This document shows, in pieces, positions 37,042 through 45,905 of a stretch of 57,118 nucleotides of DNA; the first letter of the stretch is position 1, and each line of letters begins with the position of its first letter. Under the pieces are notes generated by a model, which searched no databases, had not been told where the DNA came from, and worked only from the letters and a program-made list of their open reading frames with translations. The stretch is taken from positions 1 to 57,118 of IMG/VR virus record IMGVR_UViG_3300042934_001339; one strand, written 5' to 3'. This stretch comes from a virus (lineage: Duplodnaviria > Caudoviricetes). The position numbers and the translations under genes are program-made.

Positions 37042-38204
37042 GCGCGCACCCCGTAATCGGCCAGCAGTCGGGCGCGGTCGGCGTCGGTCAGGCCTGCAGC
37101 TGCATGCACTCGCGCTTTGAACGCGGGGAAGATTTCGCCCGGATCCTGCGCGATGCCCAGCTCCTCGCCCTTGGCTGTGATCCCAGACGCGGTCGTGGCC
37201 CAGGCCAGCGGATCCGACGCCGCGGCCTGCCGTGGCTTGCCGTTCACGACGCTCTCGCCCTTGGGCGGGTTCAGCACCTTGCCGACGAAGACGTCCAGGA
37301 AGCCGGGCGTGATGGGTCCGGCGTCGCCTGTGGCCTCGCGGTCCAGCACGGCCAGGTCGTAGGCCTCGGCCAGCTGCAGGCCGGTGGCGCCGGCCTCGAG
37401 CCAGGCCGCAATGCGCGGGTCGCTGCCGTTCGTGCCGCGTGGCTGCTTCCCTCGGGCCTGCTCTTTGCGCCGCAACCAGATCGCCACAGCCATCGTCAGT
37501 TCCTGCGCTGTCTTGCCCTCGCCAAGCGGCGGCAGCGTGCGGTCCGCCTCGCGTGCAGGCGCCTGCGCGAGAGACGCCGCCGCTGCTTCTTTTTCTTTTA
37601 AATACTGTCCCTGTCCCTCTCCCTGTCCCTTGGAGTGCGTTTCCCGAGGGACAGCCGGGGGTTGTCCTGATGGACCGTTGGGCTTTTCCGTGGGGACATC
37701 GGCGCTTGTCCCTCGGACAGACAGGGGTTGTCCCTGGGGACAACCGAGAGACAGCCATTCATCTAGGTCCGGGACAGGATGGCTGGTTTCATGCCGCTGG
37801 TTGTGCTTTTTGATCCGAGCGCATTCGGTCTTCCAGCGCTGGACCATCTTGGCGCGCCAGGCCTCGACTGCCTTCTCAGCGACGACGGGGTGATACAGGC
37901 GACCATCCGCGCATTTCACCCAGCCGCGCAGCGCGCCTTCACGATGACGCAACCACTCCTTCGTCACGCGCCCAAAGCCAGCCAGCTGCGCCAGAACTTC
38001 ATCGTCATCGGGCAGACTTGCCGCCGGCACCTGGTGCCACGAGGCGCACCATAGGAGCACGGCGCACCGGAAGGCCTCACCGTCCGCCTTTACTGCCAAG
38101 TCGCTATCCCGTAGCCGTAGGACGTCTAGAGGCATAAACGCGAAATCACGGAGGTCGCACTCTTTGGGAGTGAGAGGCGTGGGAACCTGTAGGATATTTG
38201 TCAT
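37038..38204 (-). CDS. Replication initiator, DUF1376/YdaU-like
   Basis: FMPLDV.RLRDS, LWCASWHQVPAASLPDDD, DGRLYHPV; carries an internal iteron array. Confidence 0.82.
   Translation of the reverse strand: MTNILQVPTPLTPKECDLRDFAFMPLDVLRLRDSDLAVKADGEAFRCAVLLWCASWHQVPAASLPDDDEVLAQLAGFGRVTKEWLRHREGALRGWVKCADGRLYHPVVAEKAVEAWRAKMVQRWKTECARIKKHNQRHETSHPVPDLDEWLSLGCPQGQPLSVRGTSADVPTEKPNGPSGQPPAVPRETHSKGQGEGQGQYLKEKEAAAASLAQAPAREADRTLPPLGEGKTAQELTMAVAIWLRRKEQARGKQPRGTNGSDPRIAAWLEAGATGLQLAEAYDLAVLDREATGDAGPITPGFLDVFVGKVLNPPKGESVVNGKPRQAAASDPLAWATTASGITAKGEELGIAQDPGEIFPAFKARVHAAAGLTDADRARLLADYGVRA
37587..37742. repeat. Replication origin: five palindromic iterons plus an AT-rich tract
   Basis: Consensus TGTCCCNNGGGACA at 37640, 37663, 37685, 37707, 37729 (22-23 bp period); AT-rich 37587-37604. 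Confidence 0.75.
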
Positions 38205-38301
38205 TCTGCGTCCTCCGCCGTTCGGGTTTCGAGAGGCCAGTTCATGCTGACACGCCCCTCATGACCGAGTACGATTCATCGTCGACCCTGACGGAGCTAG
38301 C

Positions 38302-39081
38302 ATGGCTAAACTTGGCCGTCCTGAAGTTCTTGTCGTTGGAATGGCTATTGCTTGCGCAGTGGCGAGCATTGCGGTGGCCTATTGGAAGAATTGGCCCCCC
38401 GCAGCTGAGTTCGGCACCAAAGGGGAATGGGTCGGGGCGCTTGCGAGCTTCGCCGCCGCCCTGACTGCAATCGCCATTGCGTTCTGGTCCCATCGCCGTA
38501 CCAAAATCGAGTCGATGACCGAGGGAGCGTTTGAGATCGTCGCCGCCGACCATGTGATTCGGCAGGTCACGGCGCGAACTGAATTGTTCAAAGTTGAGCG
38601 CACAAGCTACGCAGAGCTCGCGGCCGATTTGGACGGCCGATTTTCGCGGTTCGAACAGCAACTGGAGGCTGCGCAAATGGACGCCGATCGTCCAGACGAA
38701 CTCATCTATAGCTTGAATACTCAATTTGGGTTGCTGTCGGACAAACAAATGGCTGAGTCGGCCAAAGCGATATCGGATTTCTCTGGCCACATGGAATACC
38801 TTCAAAGCCAGATGGCTACGCTTTCTCACGTGAAGATGGCAGCATTTGACGCAGAAGTTGGGCTCGCAGTGGTCAAAATAAAGGCGCTCCTGCTGCGCAA
38901 TAAAGGCCTCGCGGATAGATATAGCGAAGACTTTATGTCTAACGAAGACATCGCAAGGATGGCAGCCACCAGCCCAGCTCTTCGAGAGTGTCTGGACGAA
39001 ATCCTCGAACATCTCGGAATTATTGAGGCAGCGGTTCCAGCCGCGGAGAGACATATCAAACGAATAGCCGACGGCCATTGA
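38302..39081 (+). CDS. Antisense moron, N-terminal 2-TM protein
   Basis: CTGACA-N17-TACGAT promoter at 38247-38275, GGAG RBS, lower GC. Confidence 0.75.
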   Translation: MAKLGRPEVLVVGMAIACAVASIAVAYWKNWPPAAEFGTKGEWVGALASFAAALTAIAIAFWSHRRTKIESMTEGAFEIVAADHVIRQVTARTELFKVERTSYAELAADLDGRFSRFEQQLEAAQMDADRPDELIYSLNTQFGLLSDKQMAESAKAISDFSGHMEYLQSQMATLSHVKMAAFDAEVGLAVVKIKALLLRNKGLADRYSEDFMSNEDIARMAATSPALRECLDEILEHLGIIEAAVPAAERHIKRIADGH

Positions 39082-39128
39082 GCACGCCTCTACCAACGCG
39101 GATCCGAAGCGGCCATACCGAAAGAAAC

Positions 39129-39704
39129 TCATCCCGCCTCCTCTTCTTCGAGGCGCGCAAAGGCATCCCACATGCGCAGGCTTGCCAGGCGCGCGATGTC
39201 CACAGCAGCGCCCGGACTGATGACTTTCGCATCTCGGTTGGGGGTGGCCGCACGTCGAACGCGGGCCTTTACCTGACCGCCTTCATTCGTCAGCAACAGC
39301 ACGCCAGAGGCAGGAGATCCAAGGGAATCCAGCAATGCGTCCGTCCAAATCTCAGCAGGCAGCGCGTAATAGTGCTTCCAGACTTGGCGGGGCCACTCTC
39401 TCAGTTCGAACTGCTGCGCGTACACGCGGCGGCGGCTCTGGAGCCGGCCACCCTGGTCCAACTTCTCAACTGTGCGAGGGCTGCCGACATACTGGCGGTG
39501 CCACCACTTGTCCTTCTTGGCGTCGGCCTTCAGGTCAGCCCGGCTGATCTTGATCTCGACGTCGATGATGCGCAGGTTTTCCGTAACGACCAGCAGGTCG
39601 CATTCGTAACCGGTCCAGTTGCAGTTTGGCACGACGACCAGGTACTTCCGGTTGAACGTCTGCTGCGCCAAAGCGCGGGCGATGGAAGTCTCGGACCAGG
39701 TCAT
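39129..39704 (-). CDS. PD-(D/E)xK nuclease-like protein (MmcB-like)
   Basis: ECDLLVV...VEIKISRADLKAD, HYYALP motifs. Confidence 0.7.
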   Translation of the reverse strand: MTWSETSIARALAQQTFNRKYLVVVPNCNWTGYECDLLVVTENLRIIDVEIKISRADLKADAKKDKWWHRQYVGSPRTVEKLDQGGRLQSRRRVYAQQFELREWPRQVWKHYYALPAEIWTDALLDSLGSPASGVLLLTNEGGQVKARVRRAATPNRDAKVISPGAAVDIARLASLRMWDAFARLEEEEAG

Positions 39705-40048
39705 GCCGCTCCCCTTTCGACGTCGAGGAGATCCAGCACGACCTCGCCCGATTCCACGAAATACCAGTCGGAGTCGGTCAGGTTGTTGATGAGCATGCGC
39801 GCGAAGGCCTCGTCGCCCATCTGCCGCATGATTCGGCACGTCTTGTGCGACGGACCGCGCCAAGTGGGACCGACCTGGGCCATCTTGGCGGCCGCGAGGT
39901 TGTGGTGACCGTCAAGCAGGATCAGGTACCGCCTCCCGCGCAGCTCGACTTCGACGGTGCGGACAACGAACCGCTTGAAGGTCATCGCCTTGTGGCGCAC
40001 CTTGCCGCTGTCCAGGTGGCGCTGACTACTGATGAGCGGTGCGCTCAT
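39701..40048 (-). CDS. ParB/Srx-like small protein
   Basis: ILLDGHHNLAAA motif. Confidence 0.6.
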   Translation of the reverse strand: MSAPLISSQRHLDSGKVRHKAMTFKRFVVRTVEVELRGRRYLILLDGHHNLAAAKMAQVGPTWRGPSHKTCRIMRQMGDEAFARMLINNLTDSDWYFVESGEVVLDLLDVERGAA

Positions 40049-40123
40049 GCCGCCTCCAGTACAAATTCAGGCCCCTGAGCCGTGCTAAAACTCCACCATC
40101 CGCGGCTTCCAGACTCCGGTTTT

Positions 40124-40438
40124 ATGAACTTCGATACCGACGAAGAAATCAACCAATGGATTTCCGACCACAGCCTTGAGGACTTTCGGCACCATACTGA
40201 GCACGGTGTGTTCGCCGGTCGCCGCCTAGGGAATGCGCGTGCGTTCCTGCGCAGACTCGACGCGCGAGAGGCCAGCGCCCGCGAACAGCGCCTGTTTGAA
40301 CTGGCGGAAGACGCGACCGAGGCCTCCATGCAACAAGCCAAGACGGCAAAGGACACTCTACGAGTCGCGAAAATTGCACTGTGGATTTCGGTGGGCGCAG
40401 TCGTTGTAACCGTGGTTGGATGGTTTATCAGTAAGTGA
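40124..40438 (+). CDS. Antisense moron with coiled coil and C-terminal TM
   Basis: MNFDTDEE...ALWISVGAVVVTVVGWFISK. Confidence 0.6.
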   Translation: MNFDTDEEINQWISDHSLEDFRHHTEHGVFAGRRLGNARAFLRRLDAREASAREQRLFELAEDATEASMQQAKTAKDTLRVAKIALWISVGAVVVTVVGWFISK

Positions 40439-40439
40439 T

Positions 40440-42260
40440 TCATGCTCCCTCCCCTCCGCGCACCGCCAGCGCAGTTGCTATCGGTCGCACCCAGATCGGG
40501 GTGGACGACAGCTGGAAGGCTTCTCCAGTGCGCGACAGCAGGATGGCGCGGCCGATTTCCTCGGCCATGGCGCGGGCGGCCTTCTTCGGCACGGCGTTGC
40601 CGATGCGCTCGCGGTGGGCACTGTCCGAATTGCCATCCATGAGGAAGTGAGCGCCCTCCGCCTCGGCTTCGGCGTAATCGTCAGGGTCGTACAAGCTCTG
40701 CAGGGCGGCGAGCTCGAGCGTAGTGAACGGTCGATGCCAGGTGCCGTCCTCGGCCAAGATCCGGCACACCAGCTTGTCATTCGCAGCAGGCAAGGAGCGC
40801 GGATCAGCCACGGACCATGATCCGTTGTCGTGACAAGCTGATGCCGACACGGCGCCGATGTGCTTGTTCCAGGCGGCCACGCCGTAATGTCCAGCGGTCA
40901 GATAGTGATCGCCGCGCTCGCGCGCCAGCCCCGAGCGCGGATCGGCCACGGAATAGGCGCCGTTCGCATTGCCGGCGATGACCGCGTGCGAGTGCTCGCT
41001 CCAGCGCGCAGTGTGATACTTGCCGTGCAGCTTGCTCGCGTCAGGTCCGCCGCGAGGGTCCGCGACGCACTGACCGGTGCCATGTGCACCCGTGACGGCG
41101 CGCGCTGCGGCGTCATAGCGCACGATGCGGAATTCGTTGCTGTGCTTGGCGGGCCCGTGGTGGCGCGGGTCCGCGACGGTATAGGCGCCCTGCCCGGGAC
41201 CTTGCTGGCCCGCGATCGCCCCAGTCGACGCGTCCCAGCGTCGAACGCCATAGGCTTGGCCGTCTTTCCACGCGGCCGAAGGATCAAAGCGAGGATCCGC
41301 CACAGAGAAGGCGCCGGTGACCGGCCGGGCATTGCCCGTGACCGTGCCGCACGGATCCGACCAGTTGCGCACGCCCATCACACCGGCATGCATTTCCGGC
41401 ACCAGCAGGTAATCCTGCAGGTAGCCGTCCTGGACTGTCAGGCGGTTCAAGCTTCGCCAGTCGCTCCCCGCCTCGACGAACGCCAGGCGCACCCACGTTT
41501 TCCAGCTCAGATTCGGGATACGGTGCATGGGCCCGGCCGCGAGGTCGCCCGGCAGGCGCATGCGGCCCAGGATCTCGCCTACCGCGCGCAGCGGGCGCTT
41601 CGGCGGCTCGTAGATGAATGCCGGCACCTTGTCGGCGTGGCGCGCGACCATCAGGAAGCGTTTGCGGCTCTGCGCCAGGCCGCCCAGCTCGCCGCAGTCA
41701 TGGGTCGTCTCGCGAACCACGTAGCCGTAATGGCGCAGCAGTTGGACGATCTGATCCAGGAAATGACGCCCGCGCGAGGCGATGCGCGGCACATTCTCGA
41801 ACAGGATCACCTCGACGGGGTCGTCCTTCCATGCCTCCAGCGCCAGCCAGATGCCGCGCAGCGTCAGTTCGTTGAGCGCCTGGTACTTGGCGGTCAGGCT
41901 GCGGGAATGCGACAACAGGCCGGAGAAGCCCTTGCAAGGCGCCGACAGGAAAAGGATGTGCGGACGGCGGCCGCCTGCAGCTGCCCGGATATCCTCCGGC
42001 ATGGTCTCGGCCCAACCGTCCGGGGGCTGCTGCCCATGGAATGCGGTGTACTGCTGGCGGCTGAAGAGGTCGCGCACCGTGCAACGCACGCCCGTGAAGC
42101 GCAGAAAGTCGGCGGCGCCGGCCGGGTCCACGTCGATCCCGCCCAGGCACACCATACGCCCGGTGAGGCCCGGTATCTCCGGCCGCGCGTCTTGCATGCC
42201 GGCCGCGCCGACGCCTGCTCCGGAGAACAGGTGGAAATGGTTGATTTCAGAGAGGGTCAT
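40440..42260 (-). CDS. DNA cytosine-5 methyltransferase with internal repeats
   Basis: LFSGAG, APCKGFS, ENVP, QSRKR, IGNAVP motifs; five VADPR repeats. Confidence 0.92.
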   Translation of the reverse strand: MTLSEINHFHLFSGAGVGAAGMQDARPEIPGLTGRMVCLGGIDVDPAGAADFLRFTGVRCTVRDLFSRQQYTAFHGQQPPDGWAETMPEDIRAAAGGRRPHILFLSAPCKGFSGLLSHSRSLTAKYQALNELTLRGIWLALEAWKDDPVEVILFENVPRIASRGRHFLDQIVQLLRHYGYVVRETTHDCGELGGLAQSRKRFLMVARHADKVPAFIYEPPKRPLRAVGEILGRMRLPGDLAAGPMHRIPNLSWKTWVRLAFVEAGSDWRSLNRLTVQDGYLQDYLLVPEMHAGVMGVRNWSDPCGTVTGNARPVTGAFSVADPRFDPSAAWKDGQAYGVRRWDASTGAIAGQQGPGQGAYTVADPRHHGPAKHSNEFRIVRYDAAARAVTGAHGTGQCVADPRGGPDASKLHGKYHTARWSEHSHAVIAGNANGAYSVADPRSGLARERGDHYLTAGHYGVAAWNKHIGAVSASACHDNGSWSVADPRSLPAANDKLVCRILAEDGTWHRPFTTLELAALQSLYDPDDYAEAEAEGAHFLMDGNSDSAHRERIGNAVPKKAARAMAEEIGRAILLSRTGEAFQLSSTPIWVRPIATALAVRGGEGA

Positions 42261-42264
42261 AGCG

Positions 42265-42495
42265 TCACGCCACCGGATTGGCGCGTGCGCGCACGTAGCC
42301 CAGCGCGCCGAACGCGTGCTGCTCCAGGACGGCGCGCGCGTATTCGGCCTTGCTCTTGCCGCTCATCGTGGCTAGCGCGGCGATCGCGTCGTAAAGATCA
42401 CTGGTGCATGGAATGTCCAGGCGCTCGGTGCACTTGCCAGCGGTGGACGTTTCGGACGGGCGGGATTCGAGGGAGTGCAGGACGGGGTTGCTCAT
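42265..42495 (-). CDS. Ribbon-helix-helix (CopG-like) regulator at the cII-like position
   Basis: TERLDIPCTSDLYDAIAALATMSGKSKAEYARAVL; AGGA RBS. Confidence 0.7.
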   Translation of the reverse strand: MSNPVLHSLESRPSETSTAGKCTERLDIPCTSDLYDAIAALATMSGKSKAEYARAVLEQHAFGALGYVRARANPVA

Positions 42496-42662
42496 GGGAT
42501 TCCTATCGGAAGTTTCTCGGCTGGGCCAACAGCGGTCCGACCGGCACACTGCTGGCATGCAAAATTGGCGAGATTCCCTACCTGCGGCTACGATCGGCGG
42601 TGCCCGGAACATCCGGGCGTGGCGACCAACCACAACCAACCTTCATCGCAGGAGGGAATCTC

Positions 42663-42953
42663 ATGACGTACAACTTGTTCGTTGCTTACGACCTGAACAA
42701 AGAACTCGATTCTTCGGGGTACAAGACTCTTTTTGCTGCAATCGAGAACCTCGGAGTCGCCGCAAAGATTCAAAAATCTCTCTGGTTTGTCAGCTCGAAA
42801 TACCCCGCAGACAACGCCAGGGACTACCTGAAACAGTTCATCGATCCGAACGACTACCTAATCGTTGTCGAGGCCAGCTTTGCGGCGTGGACCAAGCTCG
42901 AAGGAAAGTCGGGCGACACTGTCAAAGCGAACTGGACTCAGAAGACGCGCTAG
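42663..42953 (+). CDS. Standalone Cas2/VapD-like ferredoxin-fold protein (antisense moron)
   Basis: GGAGG RBS; LFVAYDL...Y..L...I..LG...KIQKSLW...D.ND.LIV. Confidence 0.7.
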   Translation: MTYNLFVAYDLNKELDSSGYKTLFAAIENLGVAAKIQKSLWFVSSKYPADNARDYLKQFIDPNDYLIVVEASFAAWTKLEGKSGDTVKANWTQKTR

Positions 42954-43587
42954 GCGTTTCCCCGGGCCCGCTGCTGGCAGCTTGGTTTTTGCGGAACATG
43001 CGGCGCGATCCAAACGGCATAGCGTCGACCTTCACCAGCACGCCAAACAGCTTGGCGACAACGTGGACGGGCCAAAGACGCCAAGCTGGGTACTGCGTCA
43101 ATTTCTGGTTGATCACGAAGTTCTCCGAGTCAGATTGGGGGCATGGAATAACTGGCAACTGGCGGCGATCCACGGCAAGGCCTCCGGTGAACCGACCGAT
43201 CGACTCCGATCTAGGTGCCGCGCACTCCCGGGCGGCCTTGAGAGCTGCTCGGCACATTGCTGCCGCAGTCAGCACAGTCAGAACTGCGAAGTGGGACCGG
43301 TCGCCAGGCGGCAACCATTGGTCAAGTTCGTCGGCGAGCGCTTGTTGCAGTCGCGTCGGGCCGCCCGGCAACGTGTGCACGCGCGTCAGGACCAGGCTGG
43401 CGGCATGCCGGTCAGTGGAGAAGCGCGGCAACTGGAAAGGCCAGGTATTGAGCGATTCGGCAGGGATTCCGAAGACCACTTCCGCAACCATGCGATCGAG
43501 CGCCAGCGTGGAGTCGTTTGGCCCAAGCTGGACCGGTCCATCCGGACGTGCGTATTCCAATGGTGAGTGCGGCGGCAAATCAGCCAT
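42922..43587 (-). CDS. Phage ABA-sandwich domain-like protein
   Basis: LDRMVAEVVFG...PRFSTD..AA...AMCRAALKA; GGAG RBS. Confidence 0.6.
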   Translation of the reverse strand: MADLPPHSPLEYARPDGPVQLGPNDSTLALDRMVAEVVFGIPAESLNTWPFQLPRFSTDRHAASLVLTRVHTLPGGPTRLQQALADELDQWLPPGDRSHFAVLTVLTAAAMCRAALKAARECAAPRSESIGRFTGGLAVDRRQLPVIPCPQSDSENFVINQKLTQYPAWRLWPVHVVAKLFGVLVKVDAMPFGSRRMFRKNQAASSGPGETPSASSESSSL

Positions 43588-43669
43588 GCTCCCCTCCCCG
43601 TTCGGAGTTCCCTCGCAACGTAGAATCGGAGGCTCCTACACCGCCCTTTTCTACGTTGGGGGAACCCTG

Positions 43670-44167
43670 ATGGACATCATGACCGCGCTGAACGCCGCTG
43701 GTCAGGCTGTGGGCCTGATCCGGGCAGCGACACAAACGCTCGATGAGGCGAAGATCGTTTCGGCCACCAATGAACTGAACATTCAGCTGATGCAGCTTGG
43801 GGCTGAGGTGATCGCTATGCAGAAGGATGGCGTTCAAGCCACCGAGCGCGAGCGTGCGCATCTGGCTCGCATGCACGAGCTTGAAGACTTGGTTAGAAAG
43901 CTTGAAAAGCGAATTGCAGAACGTGAGCGTTACGAACTGGTTGAGGAATATCCCGGAACGTTCACCCTTCGCCTGAAAGAAGCGAGCCAAAACGGCGAGC
44001 CCATGCACCACCTTTGTCCCAGGTGCATGGACAACGATTCGGTGAAATCGATACTCCAGTTTTATGGAAGTGCAAAGCGTCTTTCCGAGTGCACGACGTG
44101 CAAGACTCGATACCGATTTGCGGACGATCCGCCGCTGGTGCGAAGGAGGAACGGGTGGATCGCTTAG
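43670..44167 (+). CDS. Antisense moron: coiled coil plus Zn-ribbon protein
   Basis: TAGAAT -10 at 43621; HLCPRC...CTTC. Confidence 0.72.
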   Translation: MDIMTALNAAGQAVGLIRAATQTLDEAKIVSATNELNIQLMQLGAEVIAMQKDGVQATERERAHLARMHELEDLVRKLEKRIAERERYELVEEYPGTFTLRLKEASQNGEPMHHLCPRCMDNDSVKSILQFYGSAKRLSECTTCKTRYRFADDPPLVRRRNGWIA

Positions 44168-44219
44168 GCCCTGCGTGGCTAGGTTTACTCGTTTACACAT
44201 GCCCCGCCCTCCCCTCGAG

Positions 44220-44468
44220 CTAGACATGCTCCACCTCACTCGGCTTGTGCCCCGTGGTGGTCGCCGTCAGAGCATTGGGAGTGCTATCCCGCAAAAGGCG
44301 AATCACATCCGGATATCGTTGCCGGAAATATGCGGCAATGACCCGATCTTCCAGGCGCGATGGCAGATCATCGGGCCATTGCGAATAGGCTTGTGACGAA
44401 ATGCCCATAGCCTTCGCGGCGGCAGTAGGAGAATCACCAAGGATGAAGGTGGCATAGGCTTTTTTCAT
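44220..44468 (-). CDS. cro: Cro-like repressor
   Basis: PTAAAKAMGISSQAYSQWP HTH, divergent from the cI-like gene. Confidence 0.82.
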   Translation of the reverse strand: MKKAYATFILGDSPTAAAKAMGISSQAYSQWPDDLPSRLEDRVIAAYFRQRYPDVIRLLRDSTPNALTATTTGHKPSEVEHV

Positions 44469-44473
44469 CCCAG

Positions 44474-44534
44474 AATTAAAGCATTCTTTAATTTATCAAG
44501 CAACCATGCTTTACAGCCATGTAAGTATTCTTAC
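44474..44534. promoter_or_regulatory. OR operators and divergent promoters
   Basis: AATTAAAGCATTCTTTAATT, AACCATGCTTTA, GTAAGTATTCTTAC; minus-strand TTGCTT-N17-TTTAAT. Confidence 0.8.
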
Positions 44535-44538
44535 GCCC

Positions 44539-44937
44539 ATGGAAAAGACCTACGGTGCGCGCCTGGAACACGCCCTTCGCCTGTCCGGGCGGGAGCGGCA
44601 GCAACTTGCTGACGCCATTCAAATTAGTGTCCAAGCCATCGCTCAAGTCATTGCGGGAAAGACGAAAGCTCTCACTGCTGAAAACAGCATGCGCGCTGCA
44701 CAGTTTCTGCAGGTAAATCCCTACTGGCTCGCCACGGGAGAGGGCGACCCATCGCCTGCCGACGTTCAACCAGCGCAAGCTGAGAATTGGCCTTTCAAAC
44801 GAATAGACATTCGGCGTGTCCTCAATCTCACGCAGGACGAGCTTGCATTCGTGGAAGGGAAGTTAGATTCGGCCCTTGAGGCCGCTGAAAGTCGCTCTCA
44901 GGCGTCGAAAAGCCACTCTTCGAAGCAAGTCGCGTAG
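44539..44937 (+). CDS. CI-like Xre HTH repressor lacking an S24 peptidase domain
   Basis: YGARLEHAL...QQLADAIQISVQAIAQV...VNPYWLATGEG; only about 132 aa. Confidence 0.85.
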   Translation: MEKTYGARLEHALRLSGRERQQLADAIQISVQAIAQVIAGKTKALTAENSMRAAQFLQVNPYWLATGEGDPSPADVQPAQAENWPFKRIDIRRVLNLTQDELAFVEGKLDSALEAAESRSQASKSHSSKQVA

Positions 44938-45066
44938 GGGCGGTGGCTCATTGCCCCGATGTCTACGGCTAGCGGATTTAAAACGTTCCCCCGACGGCGT
45001 TGTGACCGACGTTCCACGCGAGTACTGGCTTTTTTTTCGCAGCCAGGAAACAGAAATTTCCTAGAC

Positions 45067-45447
45067 ATGACAAATCGTCTCGCCAAGATTGCTTCGTCCG
45101 CGGCGCTGGCTCTCGGGAGCTGTTTCATTAGCCCCATAGGCATGGCAATGCCTGACCAAGTCGTACCCCGACCGGGAGTCCAATTCTGTGACTTAGTCGC
45201 GCAGCTGGCAGATGAATTGGAAACGCTGTACATGACCGGAATGGCGCAAGAGACAGCAATCACCACTCTGCGTGCCGAATCTAACCTTTCCACGGCCACC
45301 AAAGATTGGACAGAGCGCTATATCCGGTACCGCTGGGCCATACCGAAGAACGTAGTACTAAACCGCGCCGAAGTGGTATCGGCCGTTCGAGATGGCTGCG
45401 TAACGAGCCCAAATTGGCGAACGTTGCCGGAAGACCTACAGCCGTAG
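45067..45447 (+). CDS. Putative exported protein downstream of cI
   Basis: Signal-peptide-like N-terminus, two Cys in the mature part, lower GC. Confidence 0.6.
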   Translation: MTNRLAKIASSAALALGSCFISPIGMAMPDQVVPRPGVQFCDLVAQLADELETLYMTGMAQETAITTLRAESNLSTATKDWTERYIRYRWAIPKNVVLNRAEVVSAVRDGCVTSPNWRTLPEDLQP

Positions 45448-45455
45448 CCAAGACG

Positions 45456-45482
45456 GCCGCCTCACCAGGCGGCATTTTTTTT
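45456..45482 (+). terminator. Intrinsic terminator of the immunity operon
   Basis: GCCGCCT-CACC-AGGCGGC followed by ATTTTTTTT. Confidence 0.85.
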
Positions 45483-45488
45483 GCCATA

Positions 45489-45531
45489 AATTAAAGTATG
45501 CTTGATTGTTAAATTTAAGCATGCTTTAATT
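45489..45531 (+). promoter_or_regulatory. OL operators and PL-like promoter
   Basis: TTAAAGTATGCTTGAT and TTTAAGCATGCTTTAA match the OR consensus; TTGATT-N17-TTTAAT with TG extension. Confidence 0.8.
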
Positions 45532-45563
45532 CCGGAAATTGTCGTTAGACACCAGGAGATGGC

Positions 45564-45905
45564 ATGCACAGCGAAGTTCACGATCAAGTTGTCCGCTCCA
45601 GCGAGGATGCCGACAGCCTCCAAGCAGTCCATCTGCACCCGGCAGAGCTGTGCGACCCCGACATCCTCAGCGTTCTCTGCGACCTATTCGCATGCCGGAC
45701 CGCCACCGCATTCGGCGAAGAGCTGGACTGGTGGCTCGAAACCCTGCAGTGCGACCTGAGCCCGAAGGCCGCGGCCGGCGTCGCGCTGTCGGTCATCAGC
45801 AAATGGCACTTCGACCAGCGCGATGGCGCCGATGGCGTTCAGCAATTCAAGGACGAGCTGGTCCTGCGTGCGCGCCAGATCCTGAACAAGGGTGGAAAGC
45901 GGTGA
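45564..45905 (+). CDS. Hypothetical early protein
   Basis: AGGAG RBS, first gene after PL. Confidence 0.65.
   Translation: MHSEVHDQVVRSSEDADSLQAVHLHPAELCDPDILSVLCDLFACRTATAFGEELDWWLETLQCDLSPKAAAGVALSVISKWHFDQRDGADGVQQFKDELVLRARQILNKGGKR

Noticed and set aside
40860-42953. 697-aa plus-strand ORF
   Set aside because: Antisense shadow of the methylase. The real gene starts at 42663 with a strong RBS.
42404-44167. 587-aa plus-strand ORF
   Set aside because: Only 43670-44167 looks protein-like. The upstream part overlaps other, better supported genes.
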